This document shows, in pieces, positions 61,337-64,000 of a stretch of DNA of 64,000 nucleotides (position 1 is the stretch's first letter; every line of letters begins with the position of its first letter). The notes beneath the pieces were generated by a model. That model saw only the letters and a program-made list of their open reading frames with translations, searched no databases and was not told the DNA's origin. This DNA is from a virus (taxonomy: Duplodnaviria > Caudoviricetes), in IMG/VR virus record IMGVR_UViG_3300028805_000037, positions 96,001-160,000 of that record. The stretch is one strand, 5' to 3'. The translations under genes and the position numbers were made by a program.

Positions 61337-62890
61337 ATGGATCCTATATTGCAAGATAAATTATTAGGTATTGGTACTCCTCAATCAGGTACCAATATGG
61401 AAAGAAATGAATTAATTGGCTTAATTCGTAGAATGATAAAAGAAAATAAATATACTGTTGATTATATTTTATCATATTGTGAAAGTTTATGTTATTCTTA
61501 CCGAATGGCATCAGATATATTTGAAGAACTTACTGGAATGAATCCTAAGATACTTGTTAATAATAATGAATATTATCAAAATCCAGTATTTGTTCCTTCT
61601 ATGACATTAGCCTGGGGTTATAAAAAAGCAACAAAGAATGAAGCATATTATATTGTACCTTTTGAATATGGTTATGGTGTAATGTATAAAAATGAAAAAG
61701 ATAACCCTGAAATGAAATTTGAATATGTATCTATTGATGAGGCTGTAAATAAATTAAAAACTTTAGTAACAAAAGTATTTACAATAAATAAAATTATCAC
61801 TGATAATTGTTTAGAAAATAATGATATACAATTAAATTCAAATACAGTTCATAATGTAAATAATCCATATTATAGTACGCCTTTACAAGAATTAAAACAA
61901 TCATATATAAATAAAGTAATTGATCAAAGCCAGTTTGAGAAAAAAGCATTCAGATTAGTAGCTGAAGAAAAAATTACAACAAGTGAAGCTGAAGATGCAA
62001 TGAAATGGTTAGATGAATTACAAAAAGAAAGAGATATTGAAGAATTTGAAGATGTAGAATTTGGTAATCTTAAAAATGATGATAAAATGAAAATTCAAGA
62101 AGAGAATAAACAGCTTGAAGGTTCATTAGAATTTGAAGATATTGTTGATGAAATATATACAACAATTGGTGACGAATATGCTGATAAAAATAAATTAGGA
62201 AAAATATATAATCAAAATAAATCATTTTTTAAAGGTTTAGATAAAGAACAAGCTGCACAAAGATTATATGAATTATATTTAGGCTTTAGTAAAGATGAAA
62301 TCAAAAACAAAGAAAAATATGTAAAAAAAGATATTAATGCTTCTCTTAAAAAGAAAGCTGCAGATGAAGATATAGAACTTGAAGATATTGAAGATAAAGA
62401 TATAATAAAAGACACTATTGATGAAATAAATGATACTGATTTTAATAATCTTGTTAATGATATTACTCCAGAGCAATATCTTGAAGAAGAAAGTAAAAAT
62501 GATCAAGTAATAAAAATAAATGAAAAAGTAAATAAAATTATAGATGAATTTACATCAAAATTTGAAGAATTTACAAAATATAAATTACAATTAAATACAT
62601 ATAAATTACAAATATTAAATCAAGGTAATACAGATACAAAATTAAAATCTATTGAAGATGATGAATTAAATGCACAAGCTATTGTACAAATTATTATAAC
62701 TATTGCTCCAGTTGAAAATCTTAATAATACTAAAAAAGGATTAGCAATATTTAGTATAAATAAAGATAAAGTAAATTTCAACGGAGTGATTAGGATGCAA
62801 GATGGATTCGTGGCGTTCAGTGAAGATGGTTTTGATGCAGCATTTGAAGATGATAAACAAGCAAAAGATGAAATTGAAAATTTAATATAG
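61337..62890 (+). CDS. Hypothetical protein, paralog of 20846-22150
   Basis: AAGGAG RBS; shared LTG.NP..P..P....WG..YG.GV block and C-terminal LA.F.I block. Confidence 0.75.
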   Translation: MDPILQDKLLGIGTPQSGTNMERNELIGLIRRMIKENKYTVDYILSYCESLCYSYRMASDIFEELTGMNPKILVNNNEYYQNPVFVPSMTLAWGYKKATKNEAYYIVPFEYGYGVMYKNEKDNPEMKFEYVSIDEAVNKLKTLVTKVFTINKIITDNCLENNDIQLNSNTVHNVNNPYYSTPLQELKQSYINKVIDQSQFEKKAFRLVAEEKITTSEAEDAMKWLDELQKERDIEEFEDVEFGNLKNDDKMKIQEENKQLEGSLEFEDIVDEIYTTIGDEYADKNKLGKIYNQNKSFFKGLDKEQAAQRLYELYLGFSKDEIKNKEKYVKKDINASLKKKAADEDIELEDIEDKDIIKDTIDEINDTDFNNLVNDITPEQYLEEESKNDQVIKINEKVNKIIDEFTSKFEEFTKYKLQLNTYKLQILNQGNTDTKLKSIEDDELNAQAIVQIIITIAPVENLNNTKKGLAIFSINKDKVNFNGVIRMQDGFVAFSEDGFDAAFEDDKQAKDEIENLI

Positions 62891-62893
62891 GTA

Positions 62894-62922
62894 TTTACAA
62901 ATTATTAAAAATTTATTATAAT
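62894..62922 (+). promoter_or_regulatory. Sigma70-type promoter for the small-gene cluster
   Basis: TTTACA-17-TATAAT. Confidence 0.7.
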
Positions 62923-62955
62923 ATTTATATAAATTAAATAAGAGAGGTAATATAA

Positions 62956-63201
62956 ATGTCTTGGACAAAAGTATTAAAAGCAAGTATAAAATTTAAAGAT
63001 AGTGATTATGTTGATTATATGGATCAAATTGAATTTCAAGATTATTTTTGTAAACAAAATAATCTTGAAGAAGGTACAATTTATTTTGATGGAGAAGAAT
63101 GTGTAGATGCAGAAACTGGAAAAACTATTCCAGGAGCTGATTTAGGACAAACATATAAAAAGATGTCTGATGCAATTAAAAAATATTTTAAAATTAAATA
63201 A
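62956..63201 (+). CDS. Small protein with MSWTKVLKAS leader
   Basis: GAGG RBS; leader. Confidence 0.7.
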   Translation: MSWTKVLKASIKFKDSDYVDYMDQIEFQDYFCKQNNLEEGTIYFDGEECVDAETGKTIPGADLGQTYKKMSDAIKKYFKIK

Positions 63202-63202
63202 A

Positions 63203-63412
63203 ATGAATTATTGGACTAAAATACTTGCAAGCAAATATAAAATAGTTAAAACACCAGTTTATGAAACTGAAGATTATGTTACTAAAAAATCTGATAAATA
63301 TACATATAGAATACTTAAAGATGGCGATTATGTTAAAGATAAAGAATCAGGTTTAAGATTAGAATTTAGTTCAAAAGAAGAAGCACAAAAATATATTAAA
63401 ATGGAGAAATAA
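63203..63412 (+). CDS. Small protein with MNYWTKILAS leader (start moved from 63170)
   Basis: ATG 1 nt after the upstream stop; leader matches its neighbour. Confidence 0.7.
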   Translation: MNYWTKILASKYKIVKTPVYETEDYVTKKSDKYTYRILKDGDYVKDKESGLRLEFSSKEEAQKYIKMEK

Positions 63413-63414
63413 AA

Positions 63415-63735
63415 ATGGTAAAGTATTTTAAAAGAAGTATAGCAAAAGAAGAATTTAAACCTTTTTATGTAATTAGTAAACCAAATTATGAATGGTTAAT
63501 TAGTAAAGATGGTGATTATAGTGGTTATAGTGCTGATAGTGAAGATTATAAATTTTATAATAAGTTAGATGCTGAAAAAGTATTAAATTCAGTAATACCA
63601 GATTTAATAGAAGAATCTAATTTTGATGATGATAATGAAGTTACTGAACAAGATATAAGAAATGAATATACAATACAATATATAGATAACGAACAAAAAG
63701 CACAAGAATTTGAAGATTCATTTAATAATATATAG
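63415..63735 (+). CDS. Small acidic protein with MVKYFKRSIA leader
   Basis: GGAG RBS; leader. Confidence 0.7.
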   Translation: MVKYFKRSIAKEEFKPFYVISKPNYEWLISKDGDYSGYSADSEDYKFYNKLDAEKVLNSVIPDLIEESNFDDDNEVTEQDIRNEYTIQYIDNEQKAQEFEDSFNNI

Positions 63736-63745
63736 GAGAATATAA

Positions 63746-63949
63746 ATGAGTAAATTTTTTAAAGTTAAGAAAGCAGAAAATATAATTGTAGATAAATATA
63801 GAACAATTCTTATAAATGCTATAGATGAAGATTTAGTTGATCCAAAGCAAATAGCAAAAGATTTAGCACGGTATATATCAGAAGAAATGTGTAAAGATTT
63901 TTGCAGAATTTATGAAATAAAAGATATCAGTGAATTAAATAATGAATAA
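63746..63949 (+). CDS. Small protein with MSKFFKVKKA leader
   Basis: AGGAG RBS; leader. Confidence 0.7.
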   Translation: MSKFFKVKKAENIIVDKYRTILINAIDEDLVDPKQIAKDLARYISEEMCKDFCRIYEIKDISELNNE

Positions 63950-64000
63950 TTAATTTTCAGTACAAAACTCTTTCATATTACAATATTTACATTGACTACT

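Overview
A 64-kb segment of a large, very AT-rich tailed dsDNA phage genome. It uses the standard genetic code, and a diderm host is likely given the spanin-like genes. Bases 1-49.4k run almost entirely on the minus strand. They hold a replication/recombination block (RuvC-like, DnaC-like, DnaB, split primase, SSB-like, RecA, split SbcC plus SbcD, UDG-fused PolA, GroES/GroEL), a NusG paralog with a sigma-region-4-like HTH protein, and a head-morphogenesis block (TerS candidate, intein-containing TerL, portal, prohead protease, scaffold, decoration, major capsid, neck-like protein, giant ORF running off the left edge). Bases 49.9-60.2k on the plus strand carry tail-fibre/RBP genes, a tRNA-fMet and a lysis cassette; small accessory genes follow. 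Selfish elements: one GIY-YIG and two PD-(D/E)XK-type homing endonucleases, a decayed remnant, an HNH intein and a solo tnpB. Main leads: (1) a shared short N-terminal leader (M-[ST]-[RG]-W-[FL]-[IK]-x-[AS] and variants) on about ten otherwise unrelated small proteins, plus [KR]-x-A motifs in head proteins, suggesting a capsid-targeting/protease-cleavage cargo system; (2) a 7-copy non-canonical promoter-like motif CCTTGACA-N4-TATCATAWT before late genes and tnpB; (3) an approximately 285-nt structured ncRNA with its own promoter and terminator; (4) an apparently domesticated TnpB; (5) two almost fully overlapping spanin-like genes. All functional calls come from motif recognition by eye; no database searches were run.
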